From Chiloscyllium plagiosum (taxonomy: Eukaryota), in NCBI RefSeq assembly GCF_004010195.1, contig NC_057718.1:68722746-68786745 (forward strand): a stretch of DNA of 64,000 nt. Reading direction: 5' to 3'. The notes below the pieces were generated by a model. The model had not been told where the DNA came from. It was given only the letters and a program-made list of their open reading frames with translations, and ran no database searches. The position numbers and the translations under genes are program-made. This document shows, one piece after another, positions 61,163 to 64,000 of the stretch (position 1 is its first letter; every line of letters begins with the position of its first letter).

Positions 61163-63055
61163 TACTGAAGATTTGTGCTCTAGAACTTGCCGCTCCCCTT
61201 GCCAAGCTGTTCCAGTACAGTTACAATACTGGCAAATCTGACAAAGTAGAAAATTGCCCAGGTATGTCCTGTACATTAAAGCAGCACAAATCCAACCTGG
61301 CTAATTACTGTCCCATTAGTCTACTCTCGATCATCAGTAAAATCAGGGAAGGTGTGACCAACAATGCTATCAAGCAGCACCTACTCAGTGATGACCAGTT
61401 TAGTAGCCAGAGCCACTCAGCTCCTGCCCTCATTGCAGCCTTAGTTCAAACATAAACAAAAGAGCTGAAGACCTGAGGTGAGGTGAGAGTGACAGCCCTT
61501 GACATCAGGGCTGCATTTGATTGAATGTGGAATCCAGGAGCCCAGCAAAACTGGAATCAATGGGTATCAGATGACAAACTCCGCTGGTTGGAGTATACCG
61601 ACACATAGGAAGATGGTTGTGGTTGTGATTGTTGGAGGTCAGTCTTCACTGCTCCAGGACATCTCTGCAGGGGTTCGTCAGGGTACTGTCCTGGGCCCAA
61701 CCATCATCAGCTGCTTCATCAATGACATTTCCTCTATCATAAGGTCAAAACTGGGGCTGAATAATCATTGGTGAACAATGTTCAGCACCATTCGCAATTC
61801 CTCAGATACTGAAGCAGTCCATGTTCAAATGCAAGAGATCTAGACAATATCCAGGCTTGGCCTGAAAAGTGGCGAATAACATTCACACTACATAAAGGTG
61901 TGGCTATGACCATCACCAATAAGAGAATCTACCCACCACCATTCTTTGATATTCACTGGTTTTACTATCACTGAACCCCCCACTATCATCTTGGGGGCTA
62001 ATCATTGATCAGAAATACAACAGGATGTGCTACGTATAGACAGTGGCTATAAGTCAAAAAGTGTGGTGCTGGAAAAGCACAGCCAGTCAGGCAGCATCCG
62101 AGGAGCAGGAGAGTCGATGTTTCGAGCATAAGCTCTTCATCAGGAATGTGGTGGGGGGGCCCAAGGAGACTGAGAGATAAATGGAGTTGGGGGTGGGGCT
62201 GTGGGAAAGGTAGTTGGGAATAGGATAGGTAGATGAAGATGGGAGGGGTGATGGTGATAGGTATGAATGGAGAGTGAAGCGGATAGGTGGGCAAGTAGGA
62301 CAGATCAAGAGGGCAGTGCCGAGTTGAAGGTTAGATCTGGGATAACGTGGGGGAGGGGACATCAGGAAACAGCTGCAAATCCACATTGATCCCGTGCGGT
62401 TGGAGGATCCCAAGGTGGAAGGTGAGGTGTTCTTCCTCCAGGCATCAAGTGGCTAGAATTTGGCAGTTGAGGAGGCCCAGGACCTGCATGTCCTTAGTGG
62501 AGTAGAGCTGAAGTGGAGTTGAAGTATTTGGCCACAGGGTGGTGGGGTTGATTGGTGCGTGTGTCCTGGAGATGTTCTCTGAAATGTGGCCACAACAGCA
62601 GGTCAGAAGTGAGATATACTGCAGTGAGTAACTCACCTCCTGACTCCCCAAAGCCTGTCCACCATCTACAAGGCACAAGTCAGGAATGTGATGGCATATT
62701 CCCCACTTGCCTGGATGCGTGCAGCCAAACAACACTCAAGAAGCTTGACACCATCCAGGACAAAGCAACCCGCTTGACTGGCATAACATTCACTACATCC
62801 ATTCCCTGCACCACCGACGCTCAAGAGCAGCAGTATGGACTATCTACAAGATGCACTGCAGAAATTCACCAAAGAATTTTACACAGCACCTTCCAAACCC
62901 ACAACCACTTCCACCTAGAAGGACAAGGGCAGCAGATGCATGGGAACACCACCACCTTCAAATGTCCCTCCAAGGCACACACCATCCTCACTTAGAAATA
63001 CATCGCCATTCCTTTATTCTCACTGGGACTCCACAAATTCTCTCCCTAATTGTCT
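61163..63055 (+). mobile_element. Zenon-like LINE RT/3' fragment with a nested minus-strand Penelope 3' fragment (about 62051-62585, hammerhead core 62116-62143)
   Basis: LKICALELAAPLAKLFQYSYNTG, NYCPISLLSIISK, GVRQGTVLGP; Penelope part reads HFREHLQDTRTNQPHHPVAKYFN. Confidence 0.85.
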
Positions 63056-63940
63056 GAGCTGAGATGTCACCTTTTTAAATAAAATCTTAAGCTATCTTGG
63101 GAATGTGACACTTGAAAGAAGTCCTGAAATTTAAATATTAATGAATTGAAATCTGCAATCCATTCTAAAAGATGAAAGACTTAACAGAAATTTGGATTTG
63201 TTCAATATGCACATTCTCCGTGTCAGCGCGGGTCTCCTCCAGATGCTCCGGTTTCCTCCCACAGTCCAAAGATGTGCAGCTCAGGTGAGTCAGCCATGCT
63301 AAATGGCCCATAATGATAGGTGCATTAGGGGCAGGTTACTCTTCGGAGGGTCGGTGTGGACTGGTTGGGAAGAAAGGCCTGTTTCCACACTATAGGGAAT
63401 CTGATCTAATCTAATCTAATATCATATCAGTTGCATGACACTGTGATCTTATGCTATAAATTCTGTGACTTATGATCCTTCCCCACTAACTTCCTGACGA
63501 AGGAGCAGTGCTCCGAAACCCAGTACTTCCAAATAAATCGTGGGCTGAAGGGCCTGTTCTGTGCTGTACTGTTCTATGTTCTATGTTCTAAATCTGTTGG
63601 ACTATAATCTGGTATTGGGAGAAAGTGAGGACTGCAGATGCTGGAGATCAGAGTCGAACGTGTGCTGCTGGAAAAGCACAGCAGGTCAGGCAGCATCCAG
63701 GAACAGGAGAATCAACATTTCGGGCATAAGCCCTTCATCGGAAGAGCAGGAGAATCGATGTTTTGGGCATAAGCCCTTCATCAGGAATTATTGGGTTTAT
63801 GCCCGAAAATGTCGATTCTCCTGCTCCTCAGATGCTGCCTGATCTGCTGTGCTTTTTCAGCACCACATTCTCGCCTATAACCTGGTATTGTGTGATTTTT
63901 AATTTTGTCCACCCCAGTCCAACACCAGCACCTCCATCGT
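63056..63940 (+). mobile_element. Longer family B Penelope terminal region containing three nested insertions (HE1 63208-63420; CR1 tail 63540-63588; family A 63618-63874)
   Basis: Hammerhead-like CTGACGA-a-ggagc agt gctcc-GAAA at 63494-63518; family B tail ctggtattgtgtgatttttaa...ccccagtccaacacc; TSDs taaatc and ctataa(t/c)ctggtattg. Confidence 0.8.
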
Positions 63941-64000
63941 TAGAGTTGACCCTAACGACATTGTAGGTCAACTCACAGCAGCTGGATTGCAGCAGTTGAA

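Overview
Vertebrate genomic DNA, inferred to be a shark or other elasmobranch from its repeat content (many HE1-type V-SINEs, CR1/HER1-type LINEs, Deu-domain SINEs, Penelope-like elements). The only host gene is the 3' part of a sorting nexin-9-like gene on the + strand. It has nine GT-AG exons (255-49552) that splice in phase into the end of the PX domain plus the BAR domain, followed by a repeat-free AU-rich 3' UTR. Nearly all ORF-track entries are decayed transposon fragments or noise. Most notable signals: (1) two families of short, TSD-flanked, often palindromic Penelope-derived elements that each carry a minimal hammerhead-ribozyme core, with a compensatory stem II change between copies; (2) a single-ORF CR1/Zenon-like LINE whose 5' end is a tRNA-like Pol III head, with a matching head+tail-only SINE elsewhere in the window; (3) several multi-layer nested insertions with resolvable TSDs; (4) a cryptic Gmr1-type Gypsy remnant; (5) the possibility that the gene is a divergent SNX9 paralog. 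Family names come from recalled motifs, not database searches.
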